Below the pieces are notes generated by a model. That model saw only the letters and a program-made list of their open reading frames with translations, had not been told where the DNA came from and made no database searches. Made by a program: the position numbers and the translations under genes. From IMG/VR virus record IMGVR_UViG_3300045988_058447, positions 1-44,193 of that record: 44,193 nucleotides of DNA; one strand, given 5' to 3'. Source of the stretch: a virus. Each line of letters opens with the position of its first letter. Position 1 is the stretch's first letter. Positions 16,091-24,165 of the stretch are shown here, piece by piece.

Positions 16091-16316
16091 CTACTCCACC
16101 GCCTTTCACAATCTCGATCTTTACCCTCCTGTTCCATGTTTCCTTTGCTTTTCCCTGCGCGTCCATCTTGTTAGGAAATTCTTTAATTTTTACATACGGA
16201 CCAGCACATCCGCATTTACCGCATATAATCCTGTATCCTTCACTTCCCATTTTTCTTACACTCACTCTGCGGTCATGGCAGCCACAGAACGGGCACGGTT
16301 TAAGTTCTTTACTCAT
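16071..16316 (-). CDS. Lar-family restriction-alleviation-like zinc protein
   Basis: MSKELKPCPFCG...CGKCGCAG...AKETWNRR matches the recalled Lar family pattern. The start follows the YopX stop (TAGCATG). Confidence 0.5.
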   Translation of the reverse strand: MSKELKPCPFCGCHDRRVSVRKMGSEGYRIICGKCGCAGPYVKIKEFPNKMDAQGKAKETWNRRVKIEIVKGGGVDAKTDS

Positions 16317-16317
16317 G

Positions 16318-16719
16318 CTATTTCTCACTTTCTAACAACTCGGGATTGTCAAATTTGTTGCCGATAACACTACATTCACCCAAAACCTCATAGCTTTCAG
16401 CAGATAATCTGTTTGTCACTTGGAAAGACAATGTTTCTTCATCCCACACAACTTCACCGGCACAATCTGCTTCTGCATATCCGCTTTCTGTGCTATATGT
16501 GTCAAGATAAGCAATTACATCGTGTTCAAATATCAATTTCTCATCTCGATCTGTCCGTCCAGTGCACCGGCAGATGGTGGATGGAATACATTCGTAAAGT
16601 TTCCACTCCCCGCTTGTCTCACTAATTGCGACATGACCATCGGGTGAATCAATACGATTTCCGATAACCCATTCGCCGGTATCAGTCCTTTTGCCACGAC
16701 ATAAAAATCTATTTTCCAT
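16318..16719 (-). CDS. YopX family protein
   Basis: Starts MENRF..., has TGEWVIGN, and ends VIGNKFDNPELLE, which is typical of YopX. Confidence 0.65.
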   Translation of the reverse strand: MENRFLCRGKRTDTGEWVIGNRIDSPDGHVAISETSGEWKLYECIPSTICRCTGRTDRDEKLIFEHDVIAYLDTYSTESGYAEADCAGEVVWDEETLSFQVTNRLSAESYEVLGECSVIGNKFDNPELLESEK

Positions 16720-17104
16720 GACTTTCTCCTTTCTCCGGATATACAAGCTTCAAATCATATCCGCTTGTAATAAATTTCAACGTCAATTCGTGATTGACTG
16801 CGTTTCCGAGTTTATCGTAAATCCAGTACATATCCTCTTGCGTGAATTGTGTTCCGAGATATTCATTGTATCCAGAAAGAAGTGATTCCCTCCATTCTTT
16901 ATTTCTCTTCTCTTGGCGGTAAGGTTCTCCATTTGCAAGTGGTCTGGAACACCACTCTAAAAGTTTACAGATAATATCTTTCTGTGTATTACAGTCTTTT
17001 GCTGTAAAATATACATTCCCTTTGTCTGATAAAATAAGTTCTCCAAATTGAGTGATATAACTCTTCGGAAAGCATTTCATCACATTGAAAATTTCATTAA
17101 ACAT
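16709..17104 (-). CDS. Hypothetical protein
   Basis: 131-aa ORF in the operon, overlapping both neighbouring genes. Confidence 0.5.
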   Translation of the reverse strand: MFNEIFNVMKCFPKSYITQFGELILSDKGNVYFTAKDCNTQKDIICKLLEWCSRPLANGEPYRQEKRNKEWRESLLSGYNEYLGTQFTQEDMYWIYDKLGNAVNHELTLKFITSGYDLKLVYPEKGESHGK

Positions 17105-17519
17105 CCTTTTTCTCCATTTCTTTCAACTTGGCTTCGGCTTCCTCTTGTGATAAAAACCAGGTTTCCTTGTACATTTTTTCTGACAGGATTCGGTCTGTTG
17201 CATATTCTCGATCCTTATCACACTCCATGTACCATCCTTTTTCTGTAAAAGTAATCAAGGCTACTTTCTGATGATAAACTTTGTTGTTCTCCGGGTGCAG
17301 ACTTAAAATATTTAATCCACAATTGATTTTGCTAGGAATTATATATACATCTGAGCCAATTCCACACGGCAACCGCAGAAGTAATCCCTGCTCCTCGGCA
17401 TCCTCATAGTCTTTGAGTTTCCGATATACTGCGTCTATTTCTTCACAGTCTGGTTCGCAAGCCCTTTCCCATAATTCATCATCTATCCATGATGGATTGC
17501 TTTCTGTTAATCTCTCCAT
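17097..17519 (-). CDS. Hypothetical protein carrying the YEDAEEQGLLLRLPC motif
   Basis: Starts MERLTESNP directly after the upstream stop and RBS (GAGGAATAGCATG). Confidence 0.5.
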   Translation of the reverse strand: MERLTESNPSWIDDELWERACEPDCEEIDAVYRKLKDYEDAEEQGLLLRLPCGIGSDVYIIPSKINCGLNILSLHPENNKVYHQKVALITFTEKGWYMECDKDREYATDRILSEKMYKETWFLSQEEAEAKLKEMEKKDV

Positions 17520-17520
17520 G

Positions 17521-18117
17521 CTATTCCTCGCTTTCTCTGTACGGCTCTGGCAATGGCATCCAAGCGATAACATCCAGAATATTCATTCCATCCGTGAAAT
17601 TAATTCCATTCCAAAACGCTCTAAACGGATATACCTTATCCTGCTCACTACTTCCGTATTTTGTTGTTACCAAATATACTTCCAAACATTTTCCATCAAA
17701 CAATGGGTTTTCTTCCGGTTCTTCCGGAATCTGTTCACTACATGGAATCCACTTGTTATCCATTCTGTTCACTTCCTTGCATGGTAACTGTAAAGGCAAC
17801 CCATGCCGTTCAGCATCTTCGTATTCCCCAAGCTTGTTCAGAATGGCTTTAAGCCTATGTTCCGATGAAAATGTATTACAAAGAATGCTTAAATGCTCCT
17901 TAGAGACATACTTTCCATGCTTATCTTTTTTCGTAAGTCTTCTGTTTTCCAGTTCTCTATCACAGGCTTTAATCCTTCCTTTATTTTTCCCACCGTTTTG
18001 TTCCATTGTCTCGATTGCCTGCTTAATCTGATATGCCGTTGCCCGATTAAGTTCTGATGTAAAATTCAAATCCGTTGCTGGCAATGAACAAAGGTTGCTT
18101 ACTACATTTCCGCCCAT
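17521..18117 (-). CDS. DUF551-like protein (C-terminal WMPLPEPY)
   Basis: Starts MGGNVVSNL after GAGGAATAGTATG. The C-terminus WIPCSEQIPEE...VIAWMPLPEPY is the DUF551 hallmark. Confidence 0.55.
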   Translation of the reverse strand: MGGNVVSNLCSLPATDLNFTSELNRATAYQIKQAIETMEQNGGKNKGRIKACDRELENRRLTKKDKHGKYVSKEHLSILCNTFSSEHRLKAILNKLGEYEDAERHGLPLQLPCKEVNRMDNKWIPCSEQIPEEPEENPLFDGKCLEVYLVTTKYGSSEQDKVYPFRAFWNGINFTDGMNILDVIAWMPLPEPYRESEE

Positions 18118-18118
18118 A

Positions 18119-18427
18119 CTATTCCTCACTTTCTGCCAACTTTGCCATTTTCCAATCGAGTATATCTTTGACGACGTCAAGCACGCTCCATGATGTTGCT
18201 CCTCCTGACCACGCATACACCGTTTCATGCTCATATTTTGCAAAATATCTTTTTCTCCACGTTTCTTCTTCGCTATTTCTTACCAAAATCTGCGTATCGA
18301 CTGCTACCTTACTCCAATCAACAGATGGCTCAACATACTCACTATTCGCCCATTTCAGTATTTTTTCATTACAATCTGAATAACCGAAATCACAATCTTT
18401 GCAAAGAAGATTGTCACAAGAAGTCAT
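18119..18427 (-). CDS. Hypothetical protein
   Basis: 102-aa ORF. Confidence 0.45.
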   Translation of the reverse strand: MTSCDNLLCKDCDFGYSDCNEKILKWANSEYVEPSVDWSKVAVDTQILVRNSEEETWRKRYFAKYEHETVYAWSGGATSWSVLDVVKDILDWKMAKLAESEE

Positions 18428-18509
18428 TTTCCCGTTGCGAACTGCAATTTTATCTCCCTTACACGCAAGTTCTATAATCTCATTTCCATATTTTCTTTAT
18501 TCGTCATGT

Positions 18510-19100
18510 TTACACCGCCTCTCCTGTAACAATATCCCAATGCTCATCCTCAATAAACGTCTGCCGGATAATCGCATCTGACAGATAGTGTTCTTTGCTC
18601 TTCGGCTGTTTTCTCCAATAGGAATCAATGTAATACGCAACCCACTTCATAAATTCCTCGATCTTGGCATTCGAGAATCGATATGACTCTTTCAATGTCG
18701 GGATTGTCAGATACATCGTAGATGCAAGTGCGCTCTCGATGTTCCGGTCAGCACCAAGCACTGCACGCCCTTTCTGAATATCCGCCATGTACAACTTCTG
18801 CGACATTGGTATCGACTTCACCCAGCCGACCACATCAATTTTCCGTTTCCGGCAATACTCCATCATGCTTTCGTTCGTAACATCTTCGTTATCATCGTCC
18901 TGCCATGCAACACGCTTGCTTACCGTTTTGGTGTAATAGTTCGTGATCTGCTTAAATGTCAGATCAAATTTGTCATACAGTGCAAGGGCAAATATAAATC
19001 CCATATGGTTCGCAATATTATCCCCAAGGCGTGCCTTTGCAAGTTCCTTTTGGTATACGCTCATCGGTATCAGTTGCTCCCTTTGTGTTACTCCGTGCAT
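18510..19100 (-). CDS. Hypothetical protein
   Basis: Starts MHGVTQRE, overlapping the upstream stop (TAATG), with an AAAGGAGAAG RBS. Confidence 0.5.
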   Translation of the reverse strand: MHGVTQREQLIPMSVYQKELAKARLGDNIANHMGFIFALALYDKFDLTFKQITNYYTKTVSKRVAWQDDDNEDVTNESMMEYCRKRKIDVVGWVKSIPMSQKLYMADIQKGRAVLGADRNIESALASTMYLTIPTLKESYRFSNAKIEEFMKWVAYYIDSYWRKQPKSKEHYLSDAIIRQTFIEDEHWDIVTGEAV

Positions 19101-19357
19101 TACTTCTCCTTTCCAGCATTCCGCCCTTTTACACAGGTGTTCCAAAATCTGCAACTCGGATCACAGACTTTCGTCTTGTCCCCATAGCTGCAAATCCTGC
19201 CGCTGCCGTAGTAAGTAGGCTCTGTCTTAAATTTCTTGTATGCTTTCGGGTCTCGATGTTCCGGCTTGGAATCTTCGTATCCTTGGATCTGCCCGATCAG
19301 CTTTATATTTTCACGCTTCAGACGTTTGTCCTTATTGCTTTTATGTATTTCTCTCAC
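19100..19357 (-). CDS. Hypothetical basic Cys-containing protein
   Basis: 85-aa ORF with a GTG start. Confidence 0.4.
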   Translation of the reverse strand: MREIHKSNKDKRLKRENIKLIGQIQGYEDSKPEHRDPKAYKKFKTEPTYYGSGRICSYGDKTKVCDPSCRFWNTCVKGRNAGKEK

Positions 19358-19469
19358 CCCTTTTGGTAATGGGGCGATTGCCGCCCCGATATTGGCAAGT
19401 TAAGATCATGGCTTTTGTGATAACTATAATTCCGCACTTGCAATGGTTTCTTTTGCTTTCGCTGGTGTT

Positions 19470-20312
19470 TCAACCGTCCATCAGCTTCCGGATCATGTCC
19501 TCCTGATGCAGCTCTGCGATATGATCCCGCACGCTTTCTTCCGGGAATGCGATCTGGTAGGTTCGCTCCTTGATCCGGTTCGTGATGCGGTCATCATACT
19601 GCAGCGTTTCCAGAGATTCATTACTTGTGAAAATCGTCACTTTCCGGTTTATATAACGCTCATTGATGATCTGGTACAGCTTGTCATTGATCCAGTCTGC
19701 CGGCCGTTCCACTCCGAAATCATCAATGACCAGGATATCTGTGGTGCAGAGTGCATCCAGCAAACGGCTCTCACTGTATTCCGCGTCCCGCCGCCATGTA
19801 TTCTTGATTTCCTGCAGGATGGTCAGTGATACCGCAAATTTGACTGCGTAGCTTTTCATCAGCTCGTTTGCAATCCCTGCCGCAATCCTTGTTTTCCCAC
19901 TGCCCTTTGTCCGGGACCAGATAAACAGTCCCATCCCCTGCTCCCTCTGGTTCTCAAAATCCCCGAGGTACGCTTTTATGATCCGGCAGGCATCCGACAC
20001 TTTCTTCCTGCTGTCCCGCTCCCGGTACACATCCATCCGAAATGTTTTCAGTTCCATTCCCCTGAATGCTTCCGGGATATCCGCAAACCGCAGCCGCCGC
20101 AACATGACCGCACGCTCCCGGCACTTACACGGCACGGCTGTTTCAATACCGTCCTTTTCGGTCAGAATCCATTCGCTGCCCTTGCAGACTGGGCACACAT
20201 CAGAACCCTTCGAAACATCCGGAACATCCGCGTTCTTCAAGCAGTTCGTTGAGCGCTTTTTCACGCGCTCCAGTATTCCGTTGATCATGTTTTTCATCTG
20301 CTGGTCCATCAT
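19470..20312 (-). CDS. DnaC/IstB-like AAA+ helicase loader with an N-terminal zinc ribbon
   Basis: CPVCKGSEW...PCKCR, Walker A SRTKGSGKT, Walker B ILVIDDFG. Confidence 0.8.
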   Translation of the reverse strand: MMDQQMKNMINGILERVKKRSTNCLKNADVPDVSKGSDVCPVCKGSEWILTEKDGIETAVPCKCRERAVMLRRLRFADIPEAFRGMELKTFRMDVYRERDSRKKVSDACRIIKAYLGDFENQREQGMGLFIWSRTKGSGKTRIAAGIANELMKSYAVKFAVSLTILQEIKNTWRRDAEYSESRLLDALCTTDILVIDDFGVERPADWINDKLYQIINERYINRKVTIFTSNESLETLQYDDRITNRIKERTYQIAFPEESVRDHIAELHQEDMIRKLMDG

Positions 20313-20973
20313 CCACTCCTTCCAGGTATTGCATAAACAGGTTTTCTTTCAAAAAGTTCTCCGGGTTCTTGATGTACCGGGCTGGTGTCTTTTTCCGCTG
20401 GCAGGCAATAGCATAATTCTCTGCCGCTGCAATCAGGCCAGCTTCCGACACTCCGGCATCAACCGCATTGCAGTATTCCGTCTCTGCCAGATAACCAATG
20501 CAGGTTTTCGGATAGGCTGCGGCAAAATCTGCAAACCGTTCCACGGGGGATATAGGGGGTGTGTTTCTTTCCTTCTTCCCTTCTTTCTTTTCTTCTATTG
20601 TTGTCGTTTGAATGTCGTTAGAATGTCGGTTGCCTGTCGGTTGCCTGTCATTTTGCTTGTCGGTTGTCTGGTACAAATCGTACTTAACCACTGTAAATAC
20701 AGTAAATTTGTTTGTCGTTTTGCTTGTCACTTCGCCTGTCTTTTTCAGATGTGAAATTGCGGTGCGGATTTCGCGCTCCGTAAGCCCTGTTTCGCCCGAC
20801 AGCTTCCCGATGGATGAGACAAACGATCCACGTGGAACCGTTGTCCCTTTGAAATTTCCATCCTTCCAGTTGGCTTTCAGAAGCATATGGATAAACAGCC
20901 GGGTTGTATTGATATCTGTGTACCATTCCCATTCCAGTAGCCCGCGGCTCAGCTTTATGTAGTTGCCATCCAA
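20200..20973 (-). CDS. Replication initiator / replisome organizer (N-terminal wHTH, C-terminal DnaD/Phg_2220_C-like)
   Basis: YIKLSRGLLEWEWYTD...GSFVSSIGKLSGETGLTEREIRTAISHLKKTGEV, then FADFAAAYPK...ARYIKNPENFLKE. Confidence 0.7.
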   Translation of the reverse strand: MDGNYIKLSRGLLEWEWYTDINTTRLFIHMLLKANWKDGNFKGTTVPRGSFVSSIGKLSGETGLTEREIRTAISHLKKTGEVTSKTTNKFTVFTVVKYDLYQTTDKQNDRQPTGNRHSNDIQTTTIEEKKEGKKERNTPPISPVERFADFAAAYPKTCIGYLAETEYCNAVDAGVSEAGLIAAAENYAIACQRKKTPARYIKNPENFLKENLFMQYLEGVDDGPADEKHDQRNTGAREKALNELLEERGCSGCFEGF

Positions 20974-21023
20974 TCACTCCACCTCCCGAATCAGCACTTC
21001 TCGCCACCTTTCAAATGTCATTT

Positions 21024-21653
21024 TCATTCCGCCTTCACAACAATTCCATACACCTTATACATCTGCCGGAACCGGATCACTCCCATCTGGTGAGCAATCG
21101 TATGGTGCTCCCTGCACAGGCAGATCTTCTTATAACCCGAATCATCCACCTTCCGGCGGTTATTTCCCATACCGATTGCATCTTCATGATGGATTTCCCC
21201 ATCCTTGCCGCAGATGGCACACTTTTTATGCATTAGGCAGTAATACAGATACCGCCCGATATCATCCGTCCGGTCAATCGCATTGTCTGAAAGCGGGATT
21301 CCCCACTCTAAAGCAAATTCCAAGATCGTATTGATAAACTCCCGCGCCGTATCCATAGAGCAATTGGAAAGACTGAAATCAGGATCTCCTGTACGGATCA
21401 TGTGCTCGTCCTTCAAAATTCTTTTCATCTGCTCCGACGGATATCCTGTCCAGTCTGCAATATCACGGATGGTTGCGTATGCTTTTTTTCGCTGTTCCGC
21501 AGATATGTGCCGCCCGTCATCAAACCGGATCTCTGCATTCTTGATCTTCTTTCTCTGGAGCAGCCCCCCAAGTTTCATTCCCGGAACAGAAACAACAAGA
21601 TCTGTTCCATCGCTGTTTTCCCGGTACTGCTTCACATCTACCATCGTATACAT
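21024..21653 (-). CDS. Putative HNH-like nuclease of the recombination module (HNHc_6-like)
   Basis: CAICGKDGEIHHEDAIGMG...CLCREHHTIAH. Lies adjacent to the SSAP gene. Confidence 0.45.
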   Translation of the reverse strand: MYTMVDVKQYRENSDGTDLVVSVPGMKLGGLLQRKKIKNAEIRFDDGRHISAEQRKKAYATIRDIADWTGYPSEQMKRILKDEHMIRTGDPDFSLSNCSMDTAREFINTILEFALEWGIPLSDNAIDRTDDIGRYLYYCLMHKKCAICGKDGEIHHEDAIGMGNNRRKVDDSGYKKICLCREHHTIAHQMGVIRFRQMYKVYGIVVKAE

Positions 21654-22273
21654 CAGTCATCACCATACTTCGATTTCAGACTGTTCAGCATTGTACCAAC
21701 ATCTTCTGCTGATAAACTGTCCCAAGTCTTTCCGTTGCTCGTGATCCAGTATTCAAGATTCACCTTATGTTTGAGGCACAGGTCTTTCAGGATCTTAATA
21801 TTTGCCGGGCTCGGCTTCTCCTCATTCCTCGGAATGATGTTGTTAAACGGCTGCATTTCTTCTTTGAGCCACAGGTTAAATCCAAGCCCCGTATGAATTG
21901 CCACACACTTTACAAAGGACCGGCACATACTGTTCCATACCCTCTGCTGGCTCATGGAATTATCCTTGACCGGATTGGAGCCATTCATCACCGGTGACTG
22001 CATTTCATACTCATTTTCATCAATAACGACATGTATCCGTGTCTCATAGCATCGGTTTGTATTTCCTTTGCTATCTGTGAAATCTTTTGAAACCATACGC
22101 AAAGAACTTCCCGTTCCCTCATCCGGAATCGGCACCCAGTAAACTTTCTTTGCACCATTCTCATGCAGCAAATCAATACATTTTGCCCAATTGAGATACG
22201 TCATTCCATCCCGTTCCTGGCAATATGGAGTTACGTCAATTTTGCGCATTTCTTCCCACGATTTAAGTGCCAT
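21653..22273 (-). CDS. Rad52-like single-strand annealing protein (Sak/DUF1071-type)
   Basis: GMTYLNWAKCIDLLHENGAKKVYW...SQQRVWNSMCRSFVKCVAIHTGLGFNLW. Confidence 0.55.
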   Translation of the reverse strand: MALKSWEEMRKIDVTPYCQERDGMTYLNWAKCIDLLHENGAKKVYWVPIPDEGTGSSLRMVSKDFTDSKGNTNRCYETRIHVVIDENEYEMQSPVMNGSNPVKDNSMSQQRVWNSMCRSFVKCVAIHTGLGFNLWLKEEMQPFNNIIPRNEEKPSPANIKILKDLCLKHKVNLEYWITSNGKTWDSLSAEDVGTMLNSLKSKYGDD

Positions 22274-22430
22274 ACATCATATCCTCCAACTTCATTTCCA
22301 TCTGTCCATCCCTGCCACTTCTATATGCTGCAAGGATGTTTTTATTGTTCTCCTTTTTCTTTTCCAGGCAGTCACATGATTCACCCGGATCAAGATGTGC
22401 CCCACAATAGGGGCAGGGTCTGTAATACAT
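22263..22430 (-). CDS. Small zinc-ribbon protein
   Basis: Starts MYYRPCPYCGAHLDPGESCDC, coupled to the upstream stop (TGATG). Confidence 0.45.
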   Translation of the reverse strand: MYYRPCPYCGAHLDPGESCDCLEKKKENNKNILAAYRSGRDGQMEMKLEDMMYGT

Positions 22431-22615
22431 CACACCACCTTCCGGAAGCATGAAACCATACAATCTTCACAGTAGATTTCTCCGCCAACGTCATAACAAT
22501 AATCATCCTGAATATGATCACCGCAGCAGACACACACCGGCCGTTGTTCCAGCCATTTGTCCTGCTCATCCTCATGCATCCGGAAGAAATCATAATTATC
22601 CGGGATCGTTTCCAT
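22430..22615 (-). CDS. Small zinc-binding protein
   Basis: Starts METIPDNYDFF after a GGAAGGAG RBS. Contains CVCCGDH...CEDC. Confidence 0.45.
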   Translation of the reverse strand: METIPDNYDFFRMHEDEQDKWLEQRPVCVCCGDHIQDDYCYDVGGEIYCEDCMVSCFRKVV

Positions 22616-22865
22616 TGTCGGCTCCTTCCTGCAGCAGATCATAGATTGCCTTTGCTTCACCTTTTTGCAGCAGATCATAGATCCAGTCCGCTGTCTCATC
22701 ATCCTGCCCGTCTATCAGCACCGCATAGATCTGCTCCATCGGTTCGTCCATAAGTGGACACGCTGCCTCTGTGTAAATAAATGATCCTGCATTATTCAGA
22801 ATCTTTTCTGCATCCTTGCAGTGCAAATACGCACTTACAAGGGATTCAATCTGACTTAAATTCAT
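22596..22865 (-). CDS. Hypothetical acidic protein
   Basis: Probable start MNLSQIESL. The longer ORF-track form runs into a promoter-like AT-rich region. Confidence 0.4.
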   Translation of the reverse strand: MNLSQIESLVSAYLHCKDAEKILNNAGSFIYTEAACPLMDEPMEQIYAVLIDGQDDETADWIYDLLQKGEAKAIYDLLQEGADNGNDPG

Positions 22866-22874
22866 ATTTTCCAC

Positions 22875-23013
22875 TTGCACATTAAATATATTTTTTGTAA
22901 AATAATAGCATAGCATTTTTAATGCTTATTTTTCTTTTGTTTCCCGAGAGAGAAACACCCCCCCAATTAGATGGAATCATTGCTTTGGTCGGCTGATTCC
23001 ATCTTTTTTATTT
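22875..23013 (+). ncRNA. Candidate plus-strand small transcription unit (about 100 nt)
   Basis: TTGCAC (22875..22880) - 17 nt - TAAAAT (22898..22903). An 11-bp perfect hairpin AGATGGAATCA/TGATTCCATCT (22969..23004) is followed by TTTTTTATTT. Confidence 0.3.
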
Positions 23014-23112
23014 CCACATCCAACACTTCCTTGAAATCCCCATCATTTTTCTTTTCCTTTCGCGGGTACGTGAGATTCGAAGCTTCATTCGGATATTGCG
23101 GATACATACGCT

Positions 23113-23346
23113 TTATTTCACTGATGTGCATTTTTCTCCTTTCCTGACTTTCCGTAGCTGCTGTATACGACGCTCAGTTTCTTTCCGCTCTTTTTCCACT
23201 CTCTCGAGTGTGTATGCCACATGTGCGATCACCGCGCCAGCAATTACCATTCCTGCGGCAATTATCCAGCCAACTCCTTTCGAGCCCATCGCTGTTGCAC
23301 CAAGCGCCATAATTGCGACTCCGATCTTAAATACTCTTTCTTTCAT
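23113..23346 (-). CDS. Small membrane protein (2 TM segments) with a basic coiled C-terminus
   Basis: 77 aa: IGVAIMALGATAMG...WIIAAGMVIAGAVIAHV. Confidence 0.45.
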   Translation of the reverse strand: MKERVFKIGVAIMALGATAMGSKGVGWIIAAGMVIAGAVIAHVAYTLERVEKERKETERRIQQLRKVRKGEKCTSVK

Positions 23347-23353
23347 ATTTCTC

Positions 23354-23602
23354 CTATTCCGGAATTTCCTTAAACTCCACTGTGATCTTCAATCCAAGAT
23401 CATCTGCCAGCCGGAAAAAGTTCTCAACGTTCATTCTTTCTGGCTTTCTGATCCAGTTTTGGATTGTTTTCTCCGTAACTCCAAACTTCGGGGCAAGGTC
23501 TGCCGGATCTTTGCCTTGTTGTGCCTGTCCGCCCGCCATCATTCCGCGAACGTAGGCCATTTTCTTCTTTGTGGCGCTCTGCGCAAGATTCGTTTTCGGC
23601 AT
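23354..23602 (-). CDS. HTH DNA-binding protein
   Basis: 82 aa: LAPKFGVTEKTIQNWIRKPERMNVENFFRLADDLG. Confidence 0.55.
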   Translation of the reverse strand: MPKTNLAQSATKKKMAYVRGMMAGGQAQQGKDPADLAPKFGVTEKTIQNWIRKPERMNVENFFRLADDLGLKITVEFKEIPE

Positions 23603-23688
23603 TTTCTCGCTCTCCTTTCTACTGTTACCTTGAAATAATTTCTTTTGGATGTTACCCTTTATATGCCCGGCAAGAAACGGAGTAACAT

Positions 23689-23877
23689 ATGTTTGAAAAA
23701 GAAAAAACTAACTGTCCTCGAAATAAACGAGAAGTAATAATTACTCATTGCTATGAGAAGATAAACGATGTCAATGTTGATATCTCTCATAGTTGCCCAC
23801 TTCGTTCTCAAATCAGATGTGATGGAACAGAAGATGGGATAAATAAATGTCACTTAATTAGGAACTACAAAAGCTAA
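23689..23877 (+). CDS. Possible Cys/His-rich 62-aa protein on the opposite strand, inside an AT-rich islet
   Basis: GGAG lies 8 nt upstream of the ATG. An alternative minus-strand ORF (23659..23853) covers the same DNA, so the call is ambiguous. Confidence 0.25.
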   Translation: MFEKEKTNCPRNKREVIITHCYEKINDVNVDISHSCPLRSQIRCDGTEDGINKCHLIRNYKS

Positions 23878-23880
23878 AAA

Positions 23881-24069
23881 TTAAGTATCATGCCGGGCTT
23901 TTTCCAATTCCGCTACTTTCTCCTTCAATTTTTCGAGATCTTCTTTCATTCCTCTCTGCCGCAGATCCATCCAGTAAAGCCGATCATATGCATGCGCTTC
24001 CAGATCAATTTCATGCTTCAGCTTTCCGAGTTTTCCAAAAATGTACTGCTGTAATCTGTTCATACTCAC
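23881..24069 (-). CDS. Hypothetical coiled-coil protein
   Basis: 62-aa ORF. Confidence 0.4.
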   Translation of the reverse strand: MSMNRLQQYIFGKLGKLKHEIDLEAHAYDRLYWMDLRQRGMKEDLEKLKEKVAELEKARHDT

Positions 24070-24165
24070 TCTCCCTTCTGTTACTTTCTCTCCTATGTTC
24101 TTCGTGTTATAATCTCCTTACAGGACGTTGCCGCGTCCGAGTATTACGAAAGGAGATCTCACTAA

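Noticed and set aside
19978-20754. 258-aa plus-strand ORF
   Set aside because: It lies antisense to the DnaC-like and replisome-organizer genes, both of which have clear motifs. It is a shadow ORF.
21690-21712. Fifth TTGGTACAA-like sequence (minus strand GTTGGTACAATG)
   Set aside because: It lies inside the SSAP coding region and deviates from the box. No -10-like hexamer lies 17 nt downstream.
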